The translations under genes and the position numbers were made by a program. The notes under the pieces were generated by a model that made no database searches, was not told the origin of the DNA, and worked only from the letters and a program-made list of their open reading frames with translations. Shown here piece after piece: positions 37,812 through 48,077 of a stretch of 61,443 bases of DNA; the stretch's first letter is position 1; every line of letters begins with the position of its first letter. This stretch comes from Pseudomonadota bacterium (GTDB taxonomy: Bacteria > Myxococcota > Myxococcia > Myxococcales > Anaeromyxobacteraceae). The stretch is taken from the NCBI GenBank assembly GCA_023428085.1, contig JAEYZK010000262.1:1-61443 (forward strand), in the 5' to 3' direction.

Positions 37812-38831
37812 ATGTCGCAGCGACACGTGCACACGACGCCGGCGGGGCGCCGCCGCCTCCCGCCGGAGCGGTACGTCGAGGGCGTGCTGGCGGGGGATCG
37901 GACGATCCTCGCCCGCGCGATCACCGTGATCGAGAGCGAGCTCCCCGCCGACGGCGAGCTCGGCGCGAAGATCCTCGACGCGGTCCTCCCGCACACCGGC
38001 CGCTCGCGCCGCGTCGGCATCACCGGCGTCCCCGGCGCGGGGAAGAGCACGTTCATCGACGCGCTCGGGATCCACCTCCTCCGCGAGCGCGGCGAGAACG
38101 TCGCCGTCCTGTCCATCGATCCCTCGAGCCCGATCTCCGGCGGGTCCATCCTCGGCGACAAGACGCGGATGGAGCGGCTCGCCGTCGAGGACAAGGCGTT
38201 CATCCGCCCTTCCCCCTCCGGCGGCCACCTCGGCGGCGTCGCGCGGCGGACGCGAGAGACGCTGCTGCTCTGCGAGGCCGCGGGCTACCGGAACATCCTC
38301 GTCGAGACCGTGGGCGTCGGGCAGTCGGAGACCGCCGTCCGTTCGATGACCGACTTCTTCCTCCTGCTCATGCTCGCCGGCGCGGGCGACGAGCTGCAGG
38401 GCATGAAGCGCGGCATCATCGAGATGCTCGACGGGATGGCCATCAACAAGGCGGACGGCGACAACAAGCGGAAGGCCGAGCGGGCCCGGATCGAGTACGC
38501 GAGCGCGCTCCACCTGTTCCCCGCCTCGCCCGACGGCTGGACCCCGCGCGTCCTCACCTGCTCGGCGATCACCGGCGAGCACATCGCCGACGTCTGGGAG
38601 ATGGTCCTCGCCCACCACGACCTGCTCGCGGAGAACGGCCACCTCGCGCTCCAGCGCAAGGCGCAGGCGCTGGAGTGGATGAACGAGCTCGTGCGGATGG
38701 GGCTCGTCCAGGCGTTCCAGCGCGATCCCACCGTCGCCGCGCGCTGGCCCGCGCTGCAGGACGAGGTGCGCGCCGGCCACGTGAGCCCGTTCGCGGCGAG
38801 CCGGGAGCTCCTGGGGTTGTTCCGGGGGTAG
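37812..38831 (+). CDS. meaB: Methylmalonyl-CoA mutase-associated GTPase MeaB
   Basis: GITGVPGAGKST, DPSS..SGGSILGDKTRM, ETVGVGQSE, NKAD. Confidence 0.95.
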   Translation: MSQRHVHTTPAGRRRLPPERYVEGVLAGDRTILARAITVIESELPADGELGAKILDAVLPHTGRSRRVGITGVPGAGKSTFIDALGIHLLRERGENVAVLSIDPSSPISGGSILGDKTRMERLAVEDKAFIRPSPSGGHLGGVARRTRETLLLCEAAGYRNILVETVGVGQSETAVRSMTDFFLLLMLAGAGDELQGMKRGIIEMLDGMAINKADGDNKRKAERARIEYASALHLFPASPDGWTPRVLTCSAITGEHIADVWEMVLAHHDLLAENGHLALQRKAQALEWMNELVRMGLVQAFQRDPTVAARWPALQDEVRAGHVSPFAASRELLGLFRG

Positions 38832-38994
38832 GTCCCCCGGGAGCTCCCGCACGATCGTCTCGCGTTCCACGCGTTCGCCTTCAGGGGATCGCGGACGCTG
38901 CTTCGCTGACGCGCAGCCGCCGCGCTGGCGCGTGGGCCCGGGACGGTGCGACAATGCACCTTCACCCGCACCGCTCGACGCAGGACCCGTGCCC

Positions 38995-41172
38995 ATGGCC
39001 AAGAACCGCCCGCCCAGGAAGACGGAGGGGCGCCGCGCGAAGGTCGCGAAGCCGCCGCCGGAGGCCACCCCTTCCCAGCCGGTGGCGCAGGCAGGCCGCC
39101 GGGAGTGGCTCCACCCCGCCGGCGTGTTCGCGGTCGTCCTGGCGCTCTACGCGGCCACGATGGCGCGCACCGTCTGCCTCGAGGACGACGGGCTGTTCAT
39201 CCTCGCCGCCCGGAGCCTGGGCCTGCCGCAGCCCCCGGGGTACCCGGCGCTGGTGCTGCTCGCGAAGCTCGTCACGCTGCTGCCGGTGGGGCCGCTCGCG
39301 TACCGCGGCCACCTCGTCTCGGCGATCTTCGGCGCGGGCACGTGCGCCGTCCTCTGGCTGCTGCTCCAGTCGCTCTTCCGCGACCGGCTGGCCTCGTGGG
39401 CGGGCGCGCTGCTCCTCGGCGTCTCGGGCACGTTCTGGTCGCAGGCGATCATCTGCAAGACGTACACGCTCAACACGCTCCTCTTCTTCACCACGCTGTA
39501 CCTCATCCTCGCGTTCGGGAGGACGGGCCGGCCGCGCACCCTGTACCTGCTCTCCGCCTGTTACGGCCTCTCGCTCGCCAACCACTGGCCGCTCATCGGG
39601 CTCTCGACGCTCTGCCTCGCGCTCGCGCTCGCGCCGCGCTGGCGGGAGGTGGTCGCGCGGCTGCCGGCGGCCGCCGCGCTCGCGCTCGCGTCCGCCGCGC
39701 TCCCCTACGCGTGGATGATCTGGCGCTCCCACCAGCACCCGGAGATCTCCTTCTACGGCCCCATCCGCAGCGCCGGGGAGTTCTGGTTCTACCTGACGCG
39801 CAAGGGGTTCGGCTGGGTGGACGTCCAGGAGGGCGCGGGGTCGGGCGACCGCCTGCGCTACTTCGGTTTCCTGCTCGGCGAGGCCGGGCGCCAGTTCACC
39901 TGGGCCGGCGCGGCCCTGGCCGCCCTGGGACTCTGGCAGTCGTGGCGGCGGCTTCCGCGCGCGCTGGCGTGGGCGCTGCTGGCCGGCTTCCTCGGCCCCA
40001 CGGCCGTGCTCCTGCTGCTGCTGTCGTTCGAGTACGACGTCCTGGCGCGGTCGGTGTTCCACGTCTATCCGCTCGTCGCCTGGGGGATCATGGCCGTCTG
40101 GGTGGTGCTGGGCGGGCGCTCCCTGCTGGAGCGCGTGCGCTCACGATCGCTGCGGGCCGCGGCCTGGGGAGCGCTGGTGGCCGCGACCTTCGCGCTGCAC
40201 CTCCCCGTCAACCACCGCGCGGGCTACACCTTCGCCGGCGACTACGCCCGGACGGTGCTGGAGTCGCTGGAGCCGAACGCCGTCCTCTTCGTGAGCGGGG
40301 ACATGGACACGTTCCCCATCGCCTACGCGCACCTGGCGGAGGGTGTCCGGCCCGACGTGACGGTGTACAACGACCAGGGGATCGTGCTCGAGAACCGGCT
40401 CTTCCCGGCCGACGCGCCGGCCGAGGAGCGCCAGCGCGCCCTGGTCCAGTTCATCCGCGCGACGCCGCGCCCGGTCTACTTCACCGGCAGCGCGCCGGGA
40501 GGGTTCGCGATCGAGGAGCGCGGGCTGTTCGTGAAGGTGCACGAGGACCTGCCTCCCGGGAAGATCCTCTTCCACCTGTCCCAGGGGACGCGCGCCTTCT
40601 TCGACCGCCTGGAGCGCGACGCCGCCCGCGACACCTGGACCGTCGTCCGCCGGGACCAGCTTCGCCGCCGCCTGGCGCAGCTCGTGACCTTCCTCGAGCT
40701 GTACGGAGCCGACTCCTACGCGCGGGAGGGGCTCGCCGCGTGGTCGCAGCGCTACGCGGGGACCGTCCCCGGGCTCCTGGGCAGGCTGGGCGCGCTCGTC
40801 ATGCCGGGGCGCGGGCTGGACGTGCCGGCGGTCCTGGACGCCGCCGCCCGGGCCGAGGCGGCGCAAGCCCGGGACCCGCTCGCGAAGAAGAGCGACGTCG
40901 CCTTCCCTGCGTACGCCCGCGGCCTGGCGCTCCGCGACGCCGGGCGGATCGACGACGCCGTGTCCGCCTTCCGCGCCTCGCTCCACGTCCACCCCTCCAG
41001 CCAGAACCCCGCGCTGCTGCAGCTCCTCGACTGCCTCGCGACCACCGGGCGGGAGCTCGAGTTCAACGGCGTCGTGCAGCGATACCTCTCCGGCAGGTGG
41101 ACGCCGCCGGGCGTCGCGGCCCAGATCGACGCGATGCGCGCGAGGCTGACGGCGGCGAAGGGGGCGCAGTAG
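38995..41172 (+). CDS. DUF2723 / TMEM260-like GT-C membrane glycosyltransferase with C-terminal TPR-like segment
   Basis: 'EDDGLFILAARSLG..QPPGYP', FWSQA, GLSLANH, GD.DTFP...RPDV. Confidence 0.78.
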   Translation: MAKNRPPRKTEGRRAKVAKPPPEATPSQPVAQAGRREWLHPAGVFAVVLALYAATMARTVCLEDDGLFILAARSLGLPQPPGYPALVLLAKLVTLLPVGPLAYRGHLVSAIFGAGTCAVLWLLLQSLFRDRLASWAGALLLGVSGTFWSQAIICKTYTLNTLLFFTTLYLILAFGRTGRPRTLYLLSACYGLSLANHWPLIGLSTLCLALALAPRWREVVARLPAAAALALASAALPYAWMIWRSHQHPEISFYGPIRSAGEFWFYLTRKGFGWVDVQEGAGSGDRLRYFGFLLGEAGRQFTWAGAALAALGLWQSWRRLPRALAWALLAGFLGPTAVLLLLLSFEYDVLARSVFHVYPLVAWGIMAVWVVLGGRSLLERVRSRSLRAAAWGALVAATFALHLPVNHRAGYTFAGDYARTVLESLEPNAVLFVSGDMDTFPIAYAHLAEGVRPDVTVYNDQGIVLENRLFPADAPAEERQRALVQFIRATPRPVYFTGSAPGGFAIEERGLFVKVHEDLPPGKILFHLSQGTRAFFDRLERDAARDTWTVVRRDQLRRRLAQLVTFLELYGADSYAREGLAAWSQRYAGTVPGLLGRLGALVMPGRGLDVPAVLDAAARAEAAQARDPLAKKSDVAFPAYARGLALRDAGRIDDAVSAFRASLHVHPSSQNPALLQLLDCLATTGRELEFNGVVQRYLSGRWTPPGVAAQIDAMRARLTAAKGAQ

Positions 41173-41338
41173 CGCGACCCTGTTGCGCGTCGCAGCCCGC
41201 CTCCCCGGTTGCACGGGCTCCCCCCGGTTCGTAGAACCATCCGATGCCACCGACCGCCATCGTCACGGGAGCGAGCCGGGGGCTGCTCGCGGTGTCCAGC
41301 GGCGGGGCGATGTTGCCATGCACCGAGGGGGAGCCGCC

Positions 41339-41851
41339 ATGCTCGTGGTGATGTCCGGCCTGCCGGGAACCGGGAAGAGCACCCTCGCCGAGCGCGTCGC
41401 GGCGCGCCTGCGGATCCCGGTGCTGTCGGTGGACGCGATCGAGTCCGCGATCCTCCGCGCCGGGGTGGCCCCGACCTTCGCGACGGGGCTCGCCGCGTAC
41501 CTCGTCGCGGAGACCCTGGCCGACGCGCAGGTCCGGACGGGCCAGGGAGTCATCGTGGACGCCGTGAACGCCGTCGAGCCCGCGAAGGCCATGTGGCGGG
41601 ACCTGGCCGCGCGCCACGGCCTCGCCCCGAGGATCGTCGAGTGTTCCTGCGCGGACGAGGCGCTGCACCGGGAGCGGCTCGCGGCGCGGGGCCAGCGCTT
41701 TGAGCGCTTCCCGGAGCCGACCTGGGACGACGTCGTGCGTCGCCGACGGGAGTACACGCCGTGGCGCGAGCCGGTGCTCGCCATCGACGCGGCCCGCCCG
41801 CTGGAGGGGAACGTGGAGCGGGTGCTCGCATGGATCGCGGGCGGCGGGTGA
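41339..41851 (+). CDS. AAA_33-type P-loop kinase
   Basis: Walker A SGLPGTGKST at the N-terminus; VIVDAVN. Confidence 0.8.
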   Translation: MLVVMSGLPGTGKSTLAERVAARLRIPVLSVDAIESAILRAGVAPTFATGLAAYLVAETLADAQVRTGQGVIVDAVNAVEPAKAMWRDLAARHGLAPRIVECSCADEALHRERLAARGQRFERFPEPTWDDVVRRRREYTPWREPVLAIDAARPLEGNVERVLAWIAGGG

Positions 41852-41880
41852 CGAGCGGCGCCTGGCGACGCAGGCGCCCG

Positions 41881-42915
41881 CTACGACCGCCCGGTCTCGC
41901 GCGCACTCGCCTGCACCGCCTGCTCGACCGCCGGGGCCGCGGCCCCCGCCTCCGCCTGCCGCACGTGGCACGCCACGCGCCGGCCGCCGCCGAGCTCCAC
42001 CAGCGCGGGGTCGAGCTCCCGGCACACGGGCCGGACCTCGGGACACCGCCCCGCGAACCGGCACCCTGGCGGCAGGTTCACCGGGGACGGGACCTCGCCG
42101 CGCGCGGGGGGGCGCTCGCCGCGGCGGGCGCGGGCGAAGTCGGCCACGGGGTTCGCGGCCACGAGCGACCGCGTGTACGGGTGGCTCGGCCGGAAGTAGA
42201 CGTCGTCCGCCCGGCCGAGCTCGACGATCCGGCCGAGGTACATCACCGCGATCCGGTCGGAGACGTACCGGATCATCGAGAGGTCGTGGGCGATGAAGAG
42301 GAGCGTGAGCCCGATCGACTCCTTGAGGTCCGCGAGCAGGTTCACGACCTGCGCCTGCACCGAGACGTCGAGCGCCGAGATCGGCTCGTCGCAGACGACC
42401 AGCTCCGGCTCGAGCGCCAGCGCGCGCGCGACGCCGACGCGCTGCCGCTGGCCGCCGGAGAACTCGTGCGGGTAGCGCGACATGAAGTCGGGCGAGAGCC
42501 CCACCCTGCGCAGCCACCCCGCGACGCGCTCCGCGACCTCGCTGCGCCTCCAGAGCCCGTGCAGCAGCGGGCCCTCCGCGACGATCTCCCGGAGCGTCAT
42601 GCGCGGATCGAGCGAGGAGTACGGATCCTGGAAGATCATCTGGATCCGCCGCCCGTACCGCCGGAAGTCCTCCGGCGCGTAGCGCCCGGGCAGCGGGTGC
42701 CCGCGGTACAGGATGTGTCCGCCGGTCCGCTCGAGCAGCCCGACGATCGTCCGGCCGAGCGTGGTCTTGCCGCAGCCGGACTCGCCCACGAGGCCCACCA
42801 CCTCGCGCTCGCCCACCGTGAGGTGGACGCCGTCCACGGCGCGCAGGATGCGCCCGTGGCCGAGCCGGAACTCGCGCCTCACGTCGCGCAGATCGAGGAG
42901 CGGCGTCTGGCTCAC
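41881..42915 (-). CDS. oppF: Oligopeptide ABC transporter ATPase
   Basis: GESGCGKT, QMIFQDP, FSGGQRQR, CDEP, HPYT, GCRF..RC. Confidence 0.88.
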   Translation of the reverse strand: MSQTPLLDLRDVRREFRLGHGRILRAVDGVHLTVGEREVVGLVGESGCGKTTLGRTIVGLLERTGGHILYRGHPLPGRYAPEDFRRYGRRIQMIFQDPYSSLDPRMTLREIVAEGPLLHGLWRRSEVAERVAGWLRRVGLSPDFMSRYPHEFSGGQRQRVGVARALALEPELVVCDEPISALDVSVQAQVVNLLADLKESIGLTLLFIAHDLSMIRYVSDRIAVMYLGRIVELGRADDVYFRPSHPYTRSLVAANPVADFARARRGERPPARGEVPSPVNLPPGCRFAGRCPEVRPVCRELDPALVELGGGRRVACHVRQAEAGAAAPAVEQAVQASARETGRS

Positions 42916-43943
42916 GAGGCGGCCCCCATCTCGGCGCCGCGGAACAGCTCGGCCGGCCGGCGCGGGCGCGCCAGCGCGTGGTGGAGCCAGCAGCGCGCGT
43001 CGTGGCCGGGCTCGACCGGCCACGCGGGCGGCATCACCGGGCCGCAGAGCTGCATCGCCCACGGGCAGCGCTCGTAGTACGGGCAGCCCTTCGGCGGGCT
43101 GAACAGATCCGGCGGGCTCCCCTCGATCGCCGTGAGCCGCTCGCGCGCGCCCTCGCGATCCCTGGGCATCGCCGCCTGGAGCCCGAGCGTGTACGGGTGC
43201 GCCGGGTGCGTGAAGAGCTGCTCCGCGGTGCCGTGCTCGACGATCTGCCCCGCGTACATCACCGCCACGCGATCGGCCATGCGCGCGACGACCCCGAGGT
43301 CGTGGGTGATGAGGATGATCGCCATCCCCTGCTCGCGCTGGAGGTCCGCGAGGAGCTGGAGGATCTCCGCCTGGACGGTGACGTCGAGCGCGGTGGTCGG
43401 CTCGTCGGCGATGAGCAGCGCCGGCCCGCAGGCGATGGCCATGGCGATCATCACCCGCTGGCGCATGCCGCCCGAGAACTGGAACGGATGGTCGTCCACC
43501 CGCGCCGCGGCCTCGGGGATCTGCACGCGCTCGAGGAACTCGATCGCCTTCCTGCGGGCGGCCGCGCCGTCGAGCCCCTCGTGCACGCGGAGCGTCTCGG
43601 TGATCTGCCTCCCGACCCGCATGGTCGGGTTGAGCGAGGTCATCGGGTCCTGGAAGATCATCCCGATCCGCTTCCCGCGGATCCGGTTGGCCTCGCGGAG
43701 CGGCAGGCCGAGGATCTCCTTCCCCTCGAAGAGGACCGAGCCCGAGGTGATCCGGCCCGGCGGCCGCGGCACGAGCCCCATGAGCGCCTGGACCGAGACC
43801 GACTTCCCGCACCCCGACTCGCCCACGATGGCGAGCGTCTCGCCGCGGTCGACGGAGAAGTCCACGCCCCGCACGGCCTGGACGACGCCGCCGTAGGTGT
43901 CGAACTCGACCTTGAGGTCGCGCACCTCCAGGAGCGCGCTCAT
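42912..43943 (-). CDS. oppD: Oligopeptide ABC transporter ATPase
   Basis: GESGCGKS, FSGGMRQR, ADEPTTALDV, HPYT. Confidence 0.88.
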   Translation of the reverse strand: MSALLEVRDLKVEFDTYGGVVQAVRGVDFSVDRGETLAIVGESGCGKSVSVQALMGLVPRPPGRITSGSVLFEGKEILGLPLREANRIRGKRIGMIFQDPMTSLNPTMRVGRQITETLRVHEGLDGAAARRKAIEFLERVQIPEAAARVDDHPFQFSGGMRQRVMIAMAIACGPALLIADEPTTALDVTVQAEILQLLADLQREQGMAIILITHDLGVVARMADRVAVMYAGQIVEHGTAEQLFTHPAHPYTLGLQAAMPRDREGARERLTAIEGSPPDLFSPPKGCPYYERCPWAMQLCGPVMPPAWPVEPGHDARCWLHHALARPRRPAELFRGAEMGAAS

Positions 43944-45358
43944 TCGCGCGACCTCAGCTTGGGATCGAGCGCGTCGCGGAGGCCGTCGCCCAGGAGGTTG
44001 AAGGCGAGGACCGCGGCGCTGATGAACAGCGCCGGGAACACGAACAGGTGCGGGCTCGTGAGGAAGGTGTTGTAGCCGTTCTCGGCCATGTTGCCCCAGG
44101 AAGGCATCGGCGGCTTCACGCCCATGCCGATGAACGACAGGAAGGCCTCGGTGAAGATCGCGCCGGGGATGGCGAAGGTGAACGAGACCAGGATCACGCC
44201 GAGCGTGTTGGGCAGGAGGTGCCGGAGCAGGAGGTAGCCCGGACGCGCGCCGAGCAGCCGCGCCGCCTGCACGAACTCCGACTCGCGGAGCTGGAGGACC
44301 TGCCCGCGCGTGAGCCGGGCGGCGCCCGACCAGGAGAGCGCCACGAGGCCGATGATGAGCGCGGCGATGGACCGGCCCGGCCCGGCGCCGAGGGCGACCG
44401 AGATCAGGATCAGCACGAGGAGCGACGGGAGCGCGAGCACGAAGTCGACGATCCGCATGATCCACTGGTCCGGGGCGCCGCCGAGGTACCCGGAGATGCC
44501 GCCGACGAGGACGCCGATGAGGAGGTACAGCAGCGGCGCGAAGAAGCCGATCGAGAGCGAGACCTGCCCGCCGCGCATGAGCCGCGCGAGCAGATCGCGT
44601 CCCAGGTTGTCCGTCCCGAGCGGCCGCGACGGGTACCGGTACGTCGCGCCCTCGACGATGCCGGGCTGGAGCGCCTGCGCGGCGGCGAGCCCGATGGCCC
44701 GCGCCGGTCGCACCGTCGCCGTGGCCGCCCGCGGTGAGTCGGCGCCGTTCACGGCGACGACCGAGTAGTAGTACGTCTGGGCCTCGAGGTTGAAGGTGTC
44801 CTCGAACGAGACGACGTTGCCGGCGTCGATCCGGCCGAGCGGCAGCCCCAGGTAGTCGCCCCCGGGCTTCGCCGTGCTCCGGTACACCTGGTACCCGGCC
44901 GCCCCCGGCACCGGCGCCCACCGGAGCCGGACCGAGAGCGTCGTCGGGCCCTCCAGGACCTCGAGCCCCGTGGGTGCCGGGAGCGAGGCGCCGTCCACGC
45001 CGGGAGGGCGGGCGGGCACGTCCGGCAGGGTCAGGGCCTCCATGGGCACGGGCTCCGCGAGGACCACCGCGGTGCGGACGAGGCTCGGCGCCTCGAGGTA
45101 GCGGGTCAGGTCCTGCGCGTTCGGATCGACGCGCCAGAGGAGCGGGCCCACGGTGCAGAACAGCGCCAGCAGGACCACCATCGCGAGCGACACGACGGCC
45201 TGCCGGTTCTTCTTCAGCCGGATCCAGGCGTCCGCCCAGTACGAGAGCGAGGGGCGGGTCGGCCCCCGCTCGCCGCGCGCGGCCGTGACGGGCGCGAAGT
45301 CCTCGCCGCGCAGCCCCGGCGCCGGGGGCGCCGCGGGCCGGGAGCTCGCCGTGCTCAC
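43940..45358 (-). CDS. oppC: Oligopeptide ABC permease with inserted fibronectin-type-III-like periplasmic domain
   Basis: SYWADAWIRL, LGTDNLGRD, EFVQAARLLGA, EAFLSFIG; insert 'PAPTGL...LRWAPVPGAAGYQVYRS...TYYYSVVAVN'. Confidence 0.85.
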   Translation of the reverse strand: MSTASSRPAAPPAPGLRGEDFAPVTAARGERGPTRPSLSYWADAWIRLKKNRQAVVSLAMVVLLALFCTVGPLLWRVDPNAQDLTRYLEAPSLVRTAVVLAEPVPMEALTLPDVPARPPGVDGASLPAPTGLEVLEGPTTLSVRLRWAPVPGAAGYQVYRSTAKPGGDYLGLPLGRIDAGNVVSFEDTFNLEAQTYYYSVVAVNGADSPRAATATVRPARAIGLAAAQALQPGIVEGATYRYPSRPLGTDNLGRDLLARLMRGGQVSLSIGFFAPLLYLLIGVLVGGISGYLGGAPDQWIMRIVDFVLALPSLLVLILISVALGAGPGRSIAALIIGLVALSWSGAARLTRGQVLQLRESEFVQAARLLGARPGYLLLRHLLPNTLGVILVSFTFAIPGAIFTEAFLSFIGMGVKPPMPSWGNMAENGYNTFLTSPHLFVFPALFISAAVLAFNLLGDGLRDALDPKLRSRE

Positions 45359-46299
45359 GCGCGCGCCCCCGTGACGCTGATGCGTGGATCGACGAAGCCG
45401 TACGCGAGGTCCACCAGGATCACCATCAGGACGAGGAACGCGCCGTAGAAGACGGTGAGCCCCATGATCATCGTGTAGTCGAGCTGCTGGACGGCCTGGA
45501 CGAAGTAGCGGCCCAGCCCGGGGATCGCGAACACCTGCTCGACCACGAACCCACCCGTCGTGATGGCGGCGATCGCGGGCCCGAGCACGGTGACGACCGG
45601 GAGGATGGCGTTCCGGAGCTGGTGCGCGAACAGGATGCGCCGGGGCGAGAGCCCCTTGGCCGCGGCGGTGCGCACGTAGTCCTGGTGGATCACCTCGAGC
45701 AGCGACGACCGCATGAGCCGGGTGAGGAACGCCATGGAGCCGAGCCCGAGCACGAGCGCCGGGACGAGCATGTGCCGGAACGATCCCCACCCCGCCACCG
45801 GGATCACCGTGTACCCGGCCCACACGTTGAGCTCCGTCATGCCCCACTGGGCGAGCGCCGCGAACACGAAGCTCGGCACGGAGATCCCGAGGATCACGAA
45901 CAGCATGAGCAGGCCGTCGCCGACCCGCCCGCGCGCGCGCGCCGCCGCCGCCCCGAAGGCGATGCCGCCGAGCGTGGCGAAGAACAGCGAGAAGACGCCC
46001 AGCTTGGCGGAGACCGGGAAGTGCTTGCGGATGATGTCGTTCACCGTCCGGTTCTGCTGGGTGAACGAGATCCCGAAGTCGCCGCGGGCCATGTTGGCGA
46101 GGTACACGCCGTACTGGGCGAGCTTCGACTTGTCGAGGCCGTACTTGGCCTCGAGGTTGGCGCGGATCTGCGGGGTCATGGCCTTGGCCCGGGCGAGCGG
46201 GTCACCGGGGACGGAGTGCATGAGGACGAACGTGGCGGTGGCGAGGACGAACACCGTCAGGACCCCCGCGCCCAGCCGTTTCAGGACGTACCCGAGCAT
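45355..46299 (-). CDS. oppB: Oligopeptide ABC permease
   Basis: PGDP, KYGLD, GDFGISF, QDYVRTAAAKGL, F.IPGLG. Confidence 0.9.
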   Translation of the reverse strand: MLGYVLKRLGAGVLTVFVLATATFVLMHSVPGDPLARAKAMTPQIRANLEAKYGLDKSKLAQYGVYLANMARGDFGISFTQQNRTVNDIIRKHFPVSAKLGVFSLFFATLGGIAFGAAAARARGRVGDGLLMLFVILGISVPSFVFAALAQWGMTELNVWAGYTVIPVAGWGSFRHMLVPALVLGLGSMAFLTRLMRSSLLEVIHQDYVRTAAAKGLSPRRILFAHQLRNAILPVVTVLGPAIAAITTGGFVVEQVFAIPGLGRYFVQAVQQLDYTMIMGLTVFYGAFLVLMVILVDLAYGFVDPRISVTGARA

Positions 46300-46304
46300 G
46301 GCTT

Positions 46305-47960
46305 CTACCGCTCCTCCACGACGTGCGCGTAGGTGAAGTCGGGATCGGTGCCGAAGCGGCGGCGCAGGACCCCTCGCACCCGCTTCGACTCGGCGTACAC
46401 GGTGGCGCGCTCGTACAGCGGGAGGACCGCGACCTCCTCCAGGGCGATCCGCTCCGCCTCCGCCATGGCGTCCAGCCGCCGCCGCGGATCCGCGGTCGCG
46501 AGCGCCTCGCGGATCAGCGCGTCGTAGCGCGCGCTCTTCCACCGTCCGCGGTTGTTCTCGTTCCAGCTCGTCCAGAGATCGGCGTACGTCATCGGATCGG
46601 CGTAGTCCGGGCCCCACCCGGCCGCGACGAGGTCGAAGTCGCCGGCCGTCATGCGGGCGAGCCGCTGCTGGAAGACCTGCTTGTCGATCCGGAGATCGAT
46701 CCCGAGGTGGCGCTTGAGGAGCCACTGGAAGTACTCGGCCTCGCGGGAGGCCCCGGGGCCGTCGTCGGTCAGCCAGACGAGCTCCGGGATCCGCCCCCCG
46801 AGGTCGCGCTTCGCGCGCTCGAGCTCGCGCCGCGCCGCCTCGGGATCCGGGCGCACCGCCGGGACCGGGTACTCCGTGCGGAACGGCGCCTCCAGCCCCT
46901 TCATCCAGTGCGGGATGAGCGACGTGCCGGGCCGCGAGCCGGGGACCCCGACCACCTTGGACACGTACTGGGGGCCGTCGAACACCAGCTGGATGGCCCG
47001 GCGCAGGTGCACGTTGGCGGTCGGCCGGCCCTCCCTGTGGTTGAAGTCGACGTAGAACAGCGTGCCCTCGTCGAAGCTCTTCATCCGGAACCGCTCGACC
47101 TGCGCGCGCTTGATGCTGTCGCGCCCGAGCCCGGCCAGGTAGTCGATGTTGCCGTCCTTGAACAGGTTGATGACCGCGTTGGGATCGGTCGTGAAGTACG
47201 GGATGTCGATCCGGTCGATCCGGATCCGTGCCGCGTCCCAGTACCGCGGGTTCTTCTCCAGCGTGATCGCCGCGCCGCGGTCCCAGCGCGTCAGCATGAA
47301 GGGCCCGTTGTAGAGCATGTCGGACGGGCTCACGCCGTACCGGCCGGCGCGCGCGCGGTAGAAGTCCTCGCGGAGCGGCAGGTAGGTCTTGAACGCGGTG
47401 AGCCCGAGGAAGTACGCGCACGGCCGTTCGTACTCGACCTCGAGCGTGTGGTCGTCGAGGGCCTTCACCCCGAGCGCCTGGGGCGGGAGCTTCCCGGCGT
47501 TGATCGCCTCGGCGTTCTTCACCGGGAACATGATGAAGGCGTACTCGGAGGCGGTCTTCGGGTCGACCACCGTCCGCCAGGCGAAGACGAAGTCGTGGGC
47601 GGTGACGGGCCTCCCGTCCGACCACCGCGCCTCCCGCCGGAGGCGGAACGTCGAGCCGCGCTCGCGCAGCTCCCACGAGGTCGCGACCGCCGGGACGAGC
47701 TCGCCGCTCGGCCCGTAGTTGGCGAGCCCCTCGTTCACGTGCCCGAGCACCAGGCCGCTCACCACGTCCGTGGCCTTGGCGGAGTCGAGCTCCGGCGGAT
47801 CGTTCGAGAGCGCCAGCCGGACCACCGCGCCGGTCGGCGCGTCCGGGCGGCAGCCCGCGGCCGCGCCGGCCGCCGCCAGCGCCGCCAGCGCGAGCGCTCC
47901 CCGCGCGCGCCCCGGCCTCCCGGACTTCCCGTCGAATGTCGCGTTGCGTGAAGGGATCAA
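46305..47960 (-). CDS. oppA: Oligopeptide ABC substrate-binding lipoprotein (start uncertain)
   Basis: Lipobox AAGC; WSDGRPVTAHDF, NGPF, GWGPDYADP. Confidence 0.88.
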   Translation of the reverse strand: MIPSRNATFDGKSGRPGRARGALALAALAAAGAAAGCRPDAPTGAVVRLALSNDPPELDSAKATDVVSGLVLGHVNEGLANYGPSGELVPAVATSWELRERGSTFRLRREARWSDGRPVTAHDFVFAWRTVVDPKTASEYAFIMFPVKNAEAINAGKLPPQALGVKALDDHTLEVEYERPCAYFLGLTAFKTYLPLREDFYRARAGRYGVSPSDMLYNGPFMLTRWDRGAAITLEKNPRYWDAARIRIDRIDIPYFTTDPNAVINLFKDGNIDYLAGLGRDSIKRAQVERFRMKSFDEGTLFYVDFNHREGRPTANVHLRRAIQLVFDGPQYVSKVVGVPGSRPGTSLIPHWMKGLEAPFRTEYPVPAVRPDPEAARRELERAKRDLGGRIPELVWLTDDGPGASREAEYFQWLLKRHLGIDLRIDKQVFQQRLARMTAGDFDLVAAGWGPDYADPMTYADLWTSWNENNRGRWKSARYDALIREALATADPRRRLDAMAEAERIALEEVAVLPLYERATVYAESKRVRGVLRRRFGTDPDFTYAHVVEER

Positions 47961-48077
47961 GGGGCCGGGATAATACCAGGCGACCGCGCACGGCGCCGCC
48001 GCTTCCCGGGCGACGGTGCGGGCGGGCGGCCCCCGGGCGGAGGCAGCCGAGGTGCCCGCGGCCGCCCGGGCGGGGGC

